In this document: piece after piece, positions 35,651 to 48,900 of the stretch
How positions within the stretch are numbered: the stretch's first letter is position 1
Layout: each line of letters opens with the position of its first letter
Assembly: GCF_030028105.1 (NCBI RefSeq)
Contig: NC_092374.1
Coordinates: forward strand, 178,584,057-178,648,056
Source: Mobula birostris
Taxonomy: Eukaryota
Direction: 5' to 3'
DNA length: 64,000 nt
Notes under the pieces: generated by a model
The model's database searches: none
What the model saw: the letters and a program-made list of their open reading frames with translations, nothing else
What the model was told of the DNA's origin: nothing
Position numbers and translations under genes: made by a program

Positions 35651-35703
35651 TATAGGGTTGCTTCTAAGTCAGAGGCAAACATACTGGAACATAAGTCCAC
35701 CAT
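35650..35703 (-). promoter_or_regulatory. Candidate upstream ORF (17 aa) whose TAA overlaps the gene B ATG (TAATG)
   Basis: ATG GTG GAC...ACC CTA TAA/TG GGA; A at -3 and G at +4 for both ATGs. Confidence 0.4.
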
Positions 35704-37699
35704 GATAGCGAGGAAGCCAAGGTTCAAAGAGAAGCAGAAGACATTTCCGGGGCACCTGTGCAGAAATTCTGATCATCGCAGCAAAGGTGACAGAGAAAGA
35801 GGACAGAAAAGAGGTAGTGGAGTCCCACAAGAGGCAGAGTGGGAAGATTAAAAGTAAAGATAGTTGTTGGAGTCTGTAGGTTGAAAGGACATTTGTGAAT
35901 GTAGTGAGGGTAGGAAAGGAGCTGAGTGATGTAGCCCAAGTGAGATTGAAAGTTAGCAGTCATTTCAAGAGGACTAGAATATAAAAGCAAATGTGTAATG
36001 TTAAGATTTCATAAAGCACTGGCGAGGCCTCATGTGGAGTATTGTGAGCAGTTTTGGGCCCCTTAGGAAGGATGTGCTGAAACTGGAGAGGGTTTAAAGA
36101 AGGTTCATGGAAATGATTCCTGGATTGAAAGGTTTGCCACATAAAGAGTATTTGATGGTTCTAGGCCTGTGTTCACTAGAATGCCGAAGAATGAGGCGGG
36201 ACCTAATTGAAACCGGTCACATGGTGAAAGTCCTTTATAGAATGAATGTGGAGAAGATGTTTTCTATGGTGGGAGAGTCAAAGACCAGAAGACACCGTTT
36301 CAGAATAGAGGGGTGTCCTTTTAGAACAGAGATGAGGAGGAATTTTTTTTTAGACAGAGAATGGTGAATCTGTGGGATCCTTTGCCACAGGCAACTTAGC
36401 AGCAGTGGAGGCCAAGCCGTTATGTATATTTACGGCAGAGGTTGAGAGATTCTTGACTGGTCAGGACATGGAGGGATACAGGGAGAAGGCAACAGATTGG
36501 AGCTGAGAGTAAAATTGGATGAAATGGCAGAGCAGACTTGCTAGGCCAAATAGCCTAATTTTGCTCCTATATCTTATGGTCTTATGGTAACAAGACTGTT
36601 CCAGGTATCCAAGTGCAGAAGAGATTTTCCAGAATGCTTCCTGGATTAGAGGACATAAGAATTGAACTGAATTGAGTTGAATTGACTTCATTACTTACAT
36701 CCTTCATATACAAGAGGAGTAAAAATCTTTACATTATGTCTCCGTTCAAGTGTGCAATGTAGAATTGTAGTAATTTATAATAAATATTATGTACAACAGG
36801 ATAGTCAATATAACATAGAAATACAGTTGCATCAGCATGAACTAAGCAGTCTGATGGAAGAAGCTGTCCTGGAGCCTGTTGGTCCTGGCTCTTATGCTAC
36901 AGTACCATTTCCCAGATGATAGCTGCTGGAACAGTTTGTGGTTGGGTTGACTCGGGTCTCCAATGATCCTTCAGACCCTTTTTACATACCTGTCCTTGTA
37001 AATATCCTGAATAGCGGGAAGATCACATCTGCAGATGTGCAGGGCTGTCCTCATCACTCTCTGCCGAGTCCTGCGATTAAGGGGGGTACGGTTCCCTTAC
37101 CAGGAAATGATACAGCCAGTCATGATGCTCTCATTCGTGCCCCTGTAGAAAGTTCTTAGAATTTGGAGAGGGGCCATACCAAACTTCTTCAACCGTCTGA
37201 GGTGAAGGAGATGCTGTTGTGCCTTTTTCACCACACAGCTGGTATGTTCAGACCATTTGAGATCCTCGGTGATGTGTATGCGGAGGAGGAGTTGTTCTCT
37301 GGAGTGACAGAGACTGAGGGAAGATCTGATAGACGTTTATAAGATTACAAGAGCATCCCAGGGTCAAAATATCTAACACTAGAGGGCATATATTTCAAGT
37401 GAAAGGGAATAAATTCAGAGGATATTTGTAGGCCAATGTTAATTTTACAGAGTGGTCAGTGTCTGGAATCAGCTGTGAGGGCTGGTGGTGGAGGCAAATA
37501 CAATAGAGGTATTTAAGAAACACTTAGAAAGGCTCATGAATTGCAGAGAATGGAAGGATATGGACATTGGCAGAAGGGTTTAGATTAGTTAGGCATTTAG
37601 TTACCGGTTTAATTAATTTGACACAACATCTTGGGCTGAAGGGCATATCCCAGTTCTGCACTGCCTGGTGTTGTCATCTCAGAGAAAGATATCATAGGA

Positions 37700-37870
37700 T
37701 TCCCCTGGTTGCTCTGATTTCCTGACACACCCCAGAGGTGGGTGGATTGGTGGGCTAATTGGCTGCTTTAAATCACCCCTGAGGTGTGTGTGAGTGGTGG
37801 TATCTGGGAAGGTGTTGATGCGAATGAGGGAAGAATAAGATTAGATGAGTGTAAATGGGTGGTTGACGAA
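37700..37870 (+). mobile_element. Degenerate SINE (same family as 3640-3900)
   Basis: ggattcccctggttgctctgatttcctgacacac...ggctaattggctgctttaaatcacccct parallels the SINE core. Confidence 0.45.
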
Positions 37871-38629
37871 CCCAGGAGGACAGTACTGACTCTGCAGGAG
37901 AATCACTTTCTTTAAAATCTTGACATTACTGACTAGCTGCATCAAAACCTGGGACAGAATCTACAATAGACAGGAATACAAGAGCTGCAGAGAGTGGTAG
38001 TCACAGCCTGATCCACCATGGGCACATCCTACTCCAACACTAGCAGTATCTACAGGAGGCACTGCTTCAAGAAGGCAGCATCTACCATCAAGGATTCCCA
38101 CTATTCGCATCATGCAGTCTTCTTGCTGCTACTGTCAGGCAGGAGGCACAGAAAACTGACATCCCACAACATCAGGTTCAGCAACAACTACTTTCCTACA
38201 GACATCAGTTCTTGAACCAATCTGCACAATCCTAACCCTACAACAGCAATGAAACACTACAGACTGCCTCTTGCACCTTTCAGACCATAAGACATAGGGG
38301 GCAGTTTTAGGCTATTCAGCCTGTCAAGTCCTTTCCGCATTCCATCATGGCTGAATCCAGATCCCACTCAACCCCATACACCTGCATTCTTGTCATATCT
38401 GACCAATCAGGAAATGACCAACTTCAGCGTTGAATATATACACAGACTTGGCAGTCTGTGGCAGAGCATTCTACAGATTTAATGCTCTCTGGCTAAAAAA
38501 AATTCCTCCTTACCTCTGTTCTGAGGGGCCACCGCTCAATTTTGAGGCTGTGCTCTCTAGTTCTGGATATTCCACCATTGGAAACATCCTCTCCACATCC
38601 ACCCCAACAAGTGCTTTCAACATTCAGTA

Positions 38630-41600
38630 GGTTTTAATGAGATCACTCCACATTTTTCTAAACTCTAGTGAGCCAGAGGTCGTGGTACATATAGGTACCA
38701 ATGATATAGGTAGGAAAAGGGGAGAGGTCCTGAAAGGAGAATATAGGGAGTTGAGAAAAAGGACTGCAAAGCTAGTAATCTTGGGATTACTGCCTCTGCT
38801 ATGCGACAGTGAGAGTAGGAATGCAAAGAGGTGGAGGATAAATGTGTAGCTGAGGGATTGGAGCAAGGGGCAGGGATTCAAGTTTTTGGATCATTGGGAC
38901 CTCTTTTGGCGCAGGTGCGACCTGTACAAAAAGGACGGGTTACACCTGAATCCTAGGGGGACCTATATCCTGGCGGGGAGATTTGCAAGGGCTATGAGTT
39001 GACTTTAAACTAGAATGGGTGGGGAGTAGGAATCAAATTAAAGAGACTAGGAGAGAGGAGGTTAGTTCACAAATAGAGAAACCTAGTAGACAGTGTGTGA
39101 GGGAGGATAGGCAGGGGACAGAGATCAGGAGCACTCAGACCAAAGATGTAGGGGACAAGGAAGAAAAAGAAAATAAATTTGTTTGCTCCATTAAGAGTAA
39201 AAAGAGAGTAGGAGGTGGAGAGTTTCTTAAATGCATCTATTTTAATGCTTGGAGCATTGTAAGAAAGGTGGATGAGCTTAGAGCATGGATTGATATCTGG
39301 AAATACGATGTTGTAGCTATTAGTGAAATGTGGTTGCAGGAGGGGTGTGATTGGCAACTAAATATTCCAAGATTTTGTTGCTTCAGGTGTGATAGAATAG
39401 GAGGGGCAAGAGGGGGAGGTGTTGCATTGCTTGTCAGAGAAAATATAACAGCGGTCCTCTGGCAGGATTGATTAGTGGACTCATCCAGGGAGGCTATTTG
39501 GGTGGAATTGAGGAATAGGAAAGGTGTAGTGACACTTATAGGGGTGTATTATAGACCACCTAATGGGGACCGAGAACTGGAGGAGCAAATTTGTAAGGAG
39601 GTGGCAGATATTTGTAGTAAGCACAAGGTTGTGATTGTGGGAGATTTTAATTTTCCACACATAGACTGGGAAGCCCATTCTGTAAAAGGGCTGGATGGTT
39701 TGGAGTTTGTCAAATGTGTGCAAGATAGTTTTTTGCAGCAATACATAGAGGTACCAACTAGAGAAGGGGCAGTGTTGGATGTCCTGTTAGGGAATGAGAT
39801 AGGGCAGGTGACAGAGGTATGTGGTGGGGAGCACTTCGGGTCCAGTGATCACAATACCATTAGTTTCAATATAATTATGGAGAAGGATAGTACTGGACCC
39901 AGAGTTGAGATTTTTGATTGGAGAAAGGCTAACTTTGAGGAGATGTGAAGGGATTTAGAAGGAGTGGATTGGGACAACTTGTTTTATGGGAAGTATGTAA
40001 TAGAGGAATGGAGGTCATTTAAAGGTGAAACTTTGAGGGTACAGGATCTTTATGCTCCTGTTAGGATGAAAGGAAAGGTTAAAAGTTTGAGAGAGCCATG
40101 GTTTTCAAGGGATATAGGAAACTTGGTTTGGAAGAAGAGAGGGATTTACAATAAATATAGGCAGCTTGGAGTTAATGAGGTGCTCGAGGAATATAAAGAT
40201 TGTAAAAAGAATCTTAAGAAAGAAATTAGAAAAGCTAAAAGAAGATATGAAGCAGCTTTAGCAAGTAAGGTGAGAATAAATCCTAAGGGTTTCTACAGTT
40301 ATATAAATAGCAAAAGGATAGTGAGGGATAAAATTGGTCCCTTAGAGAATCAGAGTGGATAGCTATGTACGGAGCCAAAAGAGATGGGGGAGATTTTGAA
40401 CAATTTCCTTTCTTCGGTATTCACTAAGGAGAAGGATATTGAATTGTGTAAGGTAAAGGAAACAAGAAAGGTAGTTATGGAAAGTATGATGATTAAAGAA
40501 GAGGAAGTACTGGTGCTTTTAAGGAATATAAAAGTGGATAAGTCTCTGGGTCCTGACAGGATATTCCCTAGGACCTTGAGGGAAGTTAGTGTGGAAATAG
40601 CAGGGGCTCTGACAGAAATATTTCAAATGTCATTAGAAACAGGGATGGCGCCGGAGGATTGGCGTATTGCTCATGTGGCTCCATTGTTTAAAAAGGGTTC
40701 TAAGAGTAAACCTAGCAATTATCGGCCTGTGAGTTTGACATCAGTGGTGGGTAAATTGATGGAAAGCATTCTTAGAGATGGTATATATAATTATCTGGAC
40801 AGACAGGGTCTGATTAAGAACAGTCAAAATGGATTTGCGTGTGGAAGGTCATGTTTGACAAATCTCATTGAATTTTCTGATGACATTACTAGGAAAGTTG
40901 ACGAGGGTAAAGCGGTGGATGTTGTCTATATGGACTTCAGTAAGGCATTTGATAAGGATCCACACGGAAGGTTAGTTAGGAAGGTTCAATCGTTAGGCAT
41001 TAATATCGAAGTAGTAAAATGGATTCAGCAGTGGCTGGATGGGAGATGCCAGAGAGTAGTGGTGGTTAACTGTGTGTCAGATTGGAGGACGGTGTGTAGT
41101 GGTGTGCCTCAGGGATCTGTACTGTGTCCAGTGTTGTTTGTCATATATACTAATGATCTGGATGATGGGGTGGTAAATTGAATTAGTAAGTATGCATATG
41201 ATACTAAGATAGGTGGCATTGTGGATAATGAAGTAGGTTTTCAAAGCTTGCAGAGAGATTTAGGCCAGTTAGAAGAGTGGACTGAAAAATGGCAGATGGA
41301 GTTTAATACTGAAAAATGTGAGGTGCTACATTTTGGTAGGACTAATCAAAATAGGACATATATGGTAAATGGTAGGGCATTGAAGAATGCTGTAGAACAG
41401 AGGGATCTAGGAATAATGGTGCATAGTTCCCTGAAGGTGGGATCTCATGTGGATAGGGTGGTGAAGAAAGCTTTTTGTATGCTTTATAAATCAGAGCATT
41501 GAGTATAGGAGTTGGAATGTAATGTTGAAATTGTATAAGGCATAAGTAAGGCCAAATTTGGAGTATTGTGTGCAGTTCTGGTCACCGAATTATAGGAAAG

Positions 41601-42110
41601 ATGTCAATAAAATTGAGAGAGTACAGAGGAAGTTTACTCAAATGTTGCCTGGGTTTCATCTCCTAAGTTACAGAGAAAGGTTGAACAAGTTAGGTCTTTA
41701 TTCTTTGGAGCATAGAAGGCTGAGAGGGGACTTGATAGAGGTGTTTAAAATTATGAGGGGGATTGATAGAGTTGATGTGGATAGGGTTTTTCCATTGAGA
41801 GTGGGGGAGATTCAAACAAGAGGACATGAGTTGAGAGTTAAAGGGCAAAAGTTTAGGGGTAACATGAGAGGGAACTTCTTTACTCAGAGAGTGGTAGCTG
41901 TGTGGAACGAGCTTCCAGCAGAAGTGGTTGAGGCAGGTACGATGTTGATGTTTAAAGTTAAATTGGATAGATATATGGACAGGAAGGGAATGGAGGGTTA
42001 TGGACTGAGTGCAGGTCGGTGGGACTAGGTGAGTATAGGAGTTCGGCACGGACTAGAAGGGCCGAGATGGCATGTTTCCATGCTATAATTGTTATATGGT
42101 TATATAGTTA
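38630..42110 (+). mobile_element. CR1, ORF1 C-terminus plus nearly full ORF2 broken by stops
   Basis: ORFs 38637-38849, 39019-39471, 39475-39948, 39964-40362, 40384-41181, 41221-41502 and 41558-42028 form colinear APE-RT. Confidence 0.95.
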
Positions 42111-43781
42111 CAGGTCCAAAGTTGCCAAACACTCCTCATACATTAACCCCTTCATTCCCAGAATCATCCTCCTGAACCTCCTCTGTACTATCTCCGATGA
42201 TAACATGTCCTTCCTGAGATATGGGGCTCAAAACTGTTCACAATGCTTTAAGTGTGGCCTGATTAGTGTCTTATTATTATCTCCTGGCTTTTCTTGAAAG
42301 ATCATGTCCAATGCATCTGTTATCTCTTCAGCAACCTCTCTCAAGACTCTGGGACGTAGTCCATCTGGCTCAGGTGACTTATCCACTTTAAGACCTTTGA
42401 AGTTGGCTAGCACCTTTTCCTTTGTAACAGCAAAGCACCCACTCCTGCTCTCTGACACTCACGGACCTCTGGTACACTGCTAGTGTCTTCCACAGTGAAG
42501 ACAGATGCAAAGTACCCATTAGGGCCTTTTGCCAATTCTTTGTCCCGCATTACTGCCTCACCAGCATCATATTCCAGTGGTCTAATATCAACTCTCACTT
42601 CCCTTTTACTCTTTATGTAACTGAAAAAACTTTTGGTGTCCTGCTTCATATTATTGGCTAGTCAGTCCTCATATTTCATCTTTTCCCTTCTTATAGTCTT
42701 TTCAGTTACTTTTTGTTGGATTTTAAAAGCTTCCCAATCATCCAACTTCCCACTCACATTTGTTACCTTATATGCTGTTTCCTTGACGTTTATGCAATCC
42801 TTAACTTTCTTTGTCAGCCACAGTTGCCTACCTCTGCCATTTGAGAACCTCTTTGGTGCATATCTATCCTGCACCTTGTGAACTATTCCAGAAACTTCAG
42901 CTCTGCTGTCATCCCCACTTCAATCCACCTGGGCAAGCTCCTCTCTCATGCCTCTGTCATTCCCTTTGTTCCATTGTGATACTGATACATGTGAGTTATG
43001 CTTCTCCCTCTCAAATTGCAGAATGAATTCAATCATATTTTGATCACTGACTCCTAAGGAATCCTTTATGTTCAGCTCCCTAATAAGATCTGGGTTATTA
43101 CAGCATATCTGTAGATGTGAACTTCCCACTATTCAGGACATTTACAAAGACAGGTGTGTAAAAAGGGCCCGAAGGATCATTAGGGACCTGAGTCACCCCA
43201 ACCACAAAATGTTCCAGCTGCTACCATTTGGGAAACGGTACCACAACATGAAAGCCAGGACCAAGAAGGACAGCTTCTTGCACTCGGCCATCAGACTGCT
43301 TAATTCATGCTGGCACAACTGAATTTCTACGATAATATTGTCTATCCTGTTGTACATAATATTTATTATAAATTACTATAAATTACACATTGCACACTTA
43401 CATGGAGACGTAACTTAAAGATTATGAAGGATATAACTAATAGTCAATTCAATTCAATTCAATTCAATCTACAACACCCTTGATGTGAAGCTCCCAGCTT
43501 TGGACTTCCTTCAGCCACAGCTCTGTGATCCCCACAATGCCATACAGACCAATCTTTAACTGCGCCATGAGTTCATCCACCTTATTCCAAATACAGCACC
43601 TTCAGTCCTCCATTCTTTGCCCTTTTGAATTTTGCCTCTGTGGTACAATTTAACTCGTTGCTTTGTCTGCAATTGTGCTCAATCATTGGCTTGTCCTTCC
43701 TTACATACATGTTACACCCATCATCTTCTTGTAAACCTGCTGGCTCATCCTCAGCTCTATCATCCTGGTTCCCATTCCCCC

Positions 43782-45757
43782 TGCGGATGAATTATGAGGT
43801 CAAGTCCCTTTTAAAGGCTAGAGCTGCGGCTTTTAGGTCCGGGGATACCAGTCACTACACGGAATCCAGGCATGAACTCCGGAAAGCCATTAAGGGTGCC
43901 AAGAGGCAATATCGAGCCAAATTGGAAGCCCAGGATAACCAGAGGGGTGCCGGTAGACTATGGCAGGGTCTAAATGAGATCACTGGGCGCAAAGAAAAGG
44001 CTGGGAACATCAATAACAGTGGTGCTTCTCTTCCTGACGAACTTAACGTATTCTACACAAGATTCGAACAGAAGAGGAGCGTCCCACTCCCTCCGGATGA
44101 ACCGGACCTGGTGGCATCGAGATTCATCATCACCGAGGAGGACGTTAGAAGTGCCTTCCTGAAGATAAATCCAAGGAAGGCGTCGGGCCCAGATGGTGTC
44201 CCAGGACGGGTTCTTCGGGCCTGTGCAAGCGAGCTAGCTGGAGTGCTTGCTGACATCTTCAACTGCTCTTTGCTTCAGTCTAAGATCCCCTCGTGTTTTA
44301 AGAAGGCAATGATAATCCCAGTGCCAAAGAAGAGCAAGGTGGCATGCCTGAATGACTATCGACCTGTAGCTCTGACATCAACTGCTATGAAATGCTTCGA
44401 GAGATTGGTTATGGCACACATCAACCACAGCCTACCGGTCAACCTCGACGCTTTGCAATTCGCCTACTGAAGCAACAGGTCAACGGCAGGTGCCATCTCT
44501 CTGGTCCTACATTCCTCCTTAGAACACCTGGAGAATAAAGACACATACGTAAGGCTCCTTTTCATTGACTACAGCTCTGCCTTTAATACCATCATTCCAA
44601 ATAAACTGATTCCTAAGCTCCGGAACCTGGGCCTTAGCACTCAGATCTGCAGCTGGATCTTCAACTTCCTCACAGACAGGACCCAGGCTGTAAAAATAGG
44701 GGACAAGCTCTCCTCTACAATCACTCTGAGCACCGGTGCCCCACAAGGCTGTGTACTCAGCCCCCTGCTGTACTCACTGTACACCCATGATTGTGCAGCC
44801 GTTTCCATCAAACTCAATATATAAGTTTGCTGAAGACACAACAATTGTAGGCCATATCTCGGGTAATGATGAGTTTGGGTACAGAGAGGAAATTAAGAAC
44901 CTGGTGGCATGGAACAAAGACAATAACCTATCCCTTAACGTCAGCAAGTCGAAGGAATTGGTCGTTGACTTCAGAAGGAGTAGCAGACCGCACGACCCAA
45001 TTTACATCGGTGGCGTGCAAGTGGAACAGGTCCAAAGCTTTAAGTTCCTCGGGGTCAATATCACAAATGACCTGACTTGGTCCAACCAAGCAGAGTTCAC
45101 TGCCAAGGAGGCCCACCAGCACCTTTACTTCCTGAGAAAACTAAAGAAATTTGGCCTGTCCCCTAAAACCCTCACTAATTTTTATAGATGCACCTTAGAA
45201 AGCAGGGTGCATCACAACCTGGTATGGAAGTTGTCCTATCCAAGACTGAAAGAAGCTGCAGAAGATTGTGAACACAGCGCAGCACCTCACACAGACCAAT
45301 CTTCCGTCTGTGGACTCACTTTGCACTGCACGCTGTCGAAGCAGTGCTACCAGGATAATCAAGGACACGACCCACCCAGCCAACACACTTTTCGTCCCTC
45401 TTCCCTCTGGGAGAAGTTTTGGGAGCTTGAAGACTTGTATGGCCAGATTTGGGAACAGCTTCTTTCCAACTGTGATAAGACTGCTGAACGGATCCTGACT
45501 GGATCTAGGCCATACCCTCCAAAAATCCGGACCTGCCACTCAGTTTTTTTGCACTACCTTATTTCCCATTTTTCTATTTATGATTTATAATTTAAATTTT
45601 AATATTTAATAAATTTAACTATTTTTAAGATTTATAATATTTTATATTTGTAATCCAGGGAGCGTGAAGCGTAGAATCAAATATTGCTGTGATGATTGTA
45701 CGTTCTAGTACCAATTGTTTGGCGACAATAAAGTAAAAAGTATAAAGTATAAAGTAT
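43782..45757 (+). mobile_element. Rex1/Babar-type LINE, 5'-truncated, with frameshifts
   Basis: ORFs 43625-44470 and 44736-45590 ([30 protein letters not shown]); tail aaagtataaagtat. Confidence 0.9.
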
Positions 45758-45954
45758 TCGTTTAAACCACTCCCAACAGCTCCAGTAAATTTGCCCGCAA
45801 GAATATTGGTCCCCCTTGGATTCAAGTGCAACATGACCCTTTTGTACAGGTCTCACCTGCCCCAGAAGAGGGGTTCAATTATCCAGAAATCTGAATCCCT
45901 CTCCCCTGCTCCAATTCTTCAGCCACACCTTTACCTGCCTCCTCATTCTATTCC

Positions 45955-48900
45955 TTTTTTTTGTAATTTATTTTTTATTGAATTTCATCATCAAACATTT
46001 CTATAAGTTGTATTTCATATACTGTACATATTTATCATATAATCATATTTGTCACAAATCTCCGCATAATATTTATCTGAGGTATACACTTACAGAAAAG
46101 AGAGGAAAGAAAGAATAATCGAAAGAAGAAAACTATGTACATAGTAGGGAGTGATCTTTTTTTTTAACAACATATTCATTGACTTGTGAGAATAAAATCA
46201 GGCCTATGAGGTGTTATGTAGTTAAACCAATTTTTCCAGCATGAATAAAATTGTTCCAACTTATGATTAACAGATGCTGTTACCTTCTCTATTTTGTACA
46301 TGTTCATTGTAATTTCCATCCATACGTTTAGAGTTGGGCTGTCCTGTGATAATCTTTTCCCCGGAAAAGTCTTTTTACCAGCCACCAGCAGTACATTCAT
46401 TAAATATTTATCTCTTTTCAACCGTTCTTGAGGTATATACCCAAAGTATATGGTCTTACTCTCTAAGGGTATTTCACATTTAAAGATGTCTTGTAGGGCA
46501 TTATTTATCCCACTCCAGTAGTCTTTGATAACGGGGCATTCCCAGAAAATATGATAATCGTTTGCATTTTGATTTCCACAATTTCTGCAGCAAACAGGGG
46601 GGTTGTTATCATAATGGGATTTCTGTGAGGGTGTAATAAAATATCTTATCAAGTTTTTCCACCTGAACTCCCTCCATTTCTGTGAACTGGTACACTTCCA
46701 TTGATACCTCCATATTATTGTTCAGTCTTCCTCAGATATTATCATCCCTCCTTCCTTCTCCCATTTTGTTTTAATGTATGAAGTTGAATGCATTTTAAGA
46801 TTTGACAAATCCTTATTCATGCTTGAAATGATCATACTACCATTGTCTGAATTATATGCTTTTCTAAACAGCTCTATCAGACACGCACTTGCCTTGGTTA
46901 CATTTTTAACCTTCTTATTAACATACTGTCACATTTGTAAAAGTCTTGTTTTTCTAACGCGTGTTTCTCTTTGAGCATTTCAAAACTGAACAGTGTTCCT
47001 TCTTTCATTATATTGCAAATAGCTGTTATTCCTTTAGCTGTCCAGTCCTTAAATCTAGCATCCAGTTTATTCGGTGTAAAATCCTAGTCATAGGCACACC
47101 ATTTAAGAATCGCAATGTCTCTCTCCGGTTTACATTCTTTTATAATAGTTCTCCATATCTTAAGAGTCAATTTCACCTACGGGTTGTCAATATTATTTAT
47201 GTAACTGTAGGTTGTTATCAGCCAAAATTGCCTGTATGGGGATGGAACGTATCATCTCCTCAATGTTTTTCCATTGTGTGTCATATGATGGGTTGCACCA
47301 GCATATCACAGCTCTCAACTGTGCTGCAAAATAATAATCTCTAAGAGAGGCAGGCCACAGTCCCCCTTTTCCTTGGCTAATTGCAAAGTTTTGAGACAAA
47401 CCCTAGGCCTTTTACCTTGCCATATATATCTTAATAGCATCTTGTTCCTCTCATTGAATTGATTTTGGTTAATCTCTATTGGTAGGGTCTGAAAGAAATA
47501 TAGTAGTCTGGGCAGTATATTCATTTTAATAGATTCAATCCTTGAACTGAGACCAAGAAAAGGGATTAGGTTCCACCTTGTTATATCTTCCTTAACTTTT
47601 TATATATTGGCTGATAATTGCATTCCGATAATTTTGCCAAATCTTTTGGCATAATGATGCCCAAATATTTGACGGACTCTGTTTGCCATGCCTAAGTATA
47701 TCTACTTTCAATTTCTCTTGGTGGACTATAGTTATGTGAAAGTAGTTCGGTTTTATCTATATTGATCTTGTATCCTGCTAATTGGCCATATTGTTCAAAG
47801 GATTGCATCAATTTAGGTAAAGAGACTGTTGGTTGCCCAAGATAGATCAAAATGTCATCCACGTGTAAGGGGGTTTCGTCTTTTATGTCACTGCGTAGGC
47901 TAATTAAAATGGCTTCTTTGTTATGTTATACTTGGGAATGCTTCTTTGTTATGTTAAACGCTGAGCAAGTTCTTGCGCTAGTAGCTTGTTTTGGGTTAGA
48001 TTGCGATAAGAAGATGTTACGAACCAATTGGGATAGTTGTTAGGTTTTTGGTATCTGTAAGATTTGTATGCGCGGGGTTTTGGAGGGAGAAGGCGGGAGA
48101 GAGAGAGAGAGAGACAGAGGATGGACCAGGTGCTGTGATGTCCGCTAACGGGGTCAGACCCCGAGCGGGGCGTTCGGAGAGGAGAGGAGACCCAGACGGA
48201 CTCGTGTGGAGCATCTGGTTGACCACTATTGTTGGTCCCAGGCGGCCGGTCAAGGTGGTCCGAGGGGTTGCAGGGTGAAGAAGAAGGTCCTGAGCTCCAA
48301 CTGTTTGTGTACGAAGTGATTGAACTTTGATAAGTGTGGCGCCTTTTATTTTCCTTTTACATTTTATTCTCTATTAATTATATAGTTCCAGTAATATCTA
48401 TAAACTGTAAATCATTTAATTGTATCTGGTGTATTTGTCTGTTATTTGGGTGGGGTGGGGTACACCACACAATATCCACACAAACTAATTACCCAGTTTG
48501 GCGGGGTCGAGGGCTGTTTCCCTAGACGACAGCGAGCTGAGCGACCCTGAGGTTGGCCGGGGGGCCTACGCACGTAACAGGCCAATTTATGCTCTGTCCC
48601 TTTAATAGTAATTCCCCTGTTATCTTCATTTTGTCTGATGTATTGAGCTAATGGTTCCAGATATAATGCAAAGAGTAGCGGTGACTATTCACAACTCTGT
48701 CTCGTGCCCTTTTCTAGGGTAAAACTATTAGATAAATATCCGTCGATTTTAATCCTGGCAGTAGGATTGTCGTATAGTGCTTGTATAGTTTTAATAATTA
48801 TGTCATGTAGACCAAATCTATGTGAAACTCCATAGAGAAAATTCCAATTAACTAAATCAATTGACTTTTCAGCGTCCATGCTTATCACTATTGCTTCCAT

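Noticed and set aside
35417-35851. 144-aa plus-strand ORF
   Set aside because: Antisense shadow of the gene B leader exon and 5' region; polar low-complexity product with no recognisable domain.
37696-37912. kappaB-like GGATTCCCC and IRF-like GAAAGTGA ~2 kb upstream of gene B
   Set aside because: The kappaB-like match is part of a SINE core and the IRF-like match is a single half-site; no ordered class I enhancer A/ISRE/SXY module was seen.
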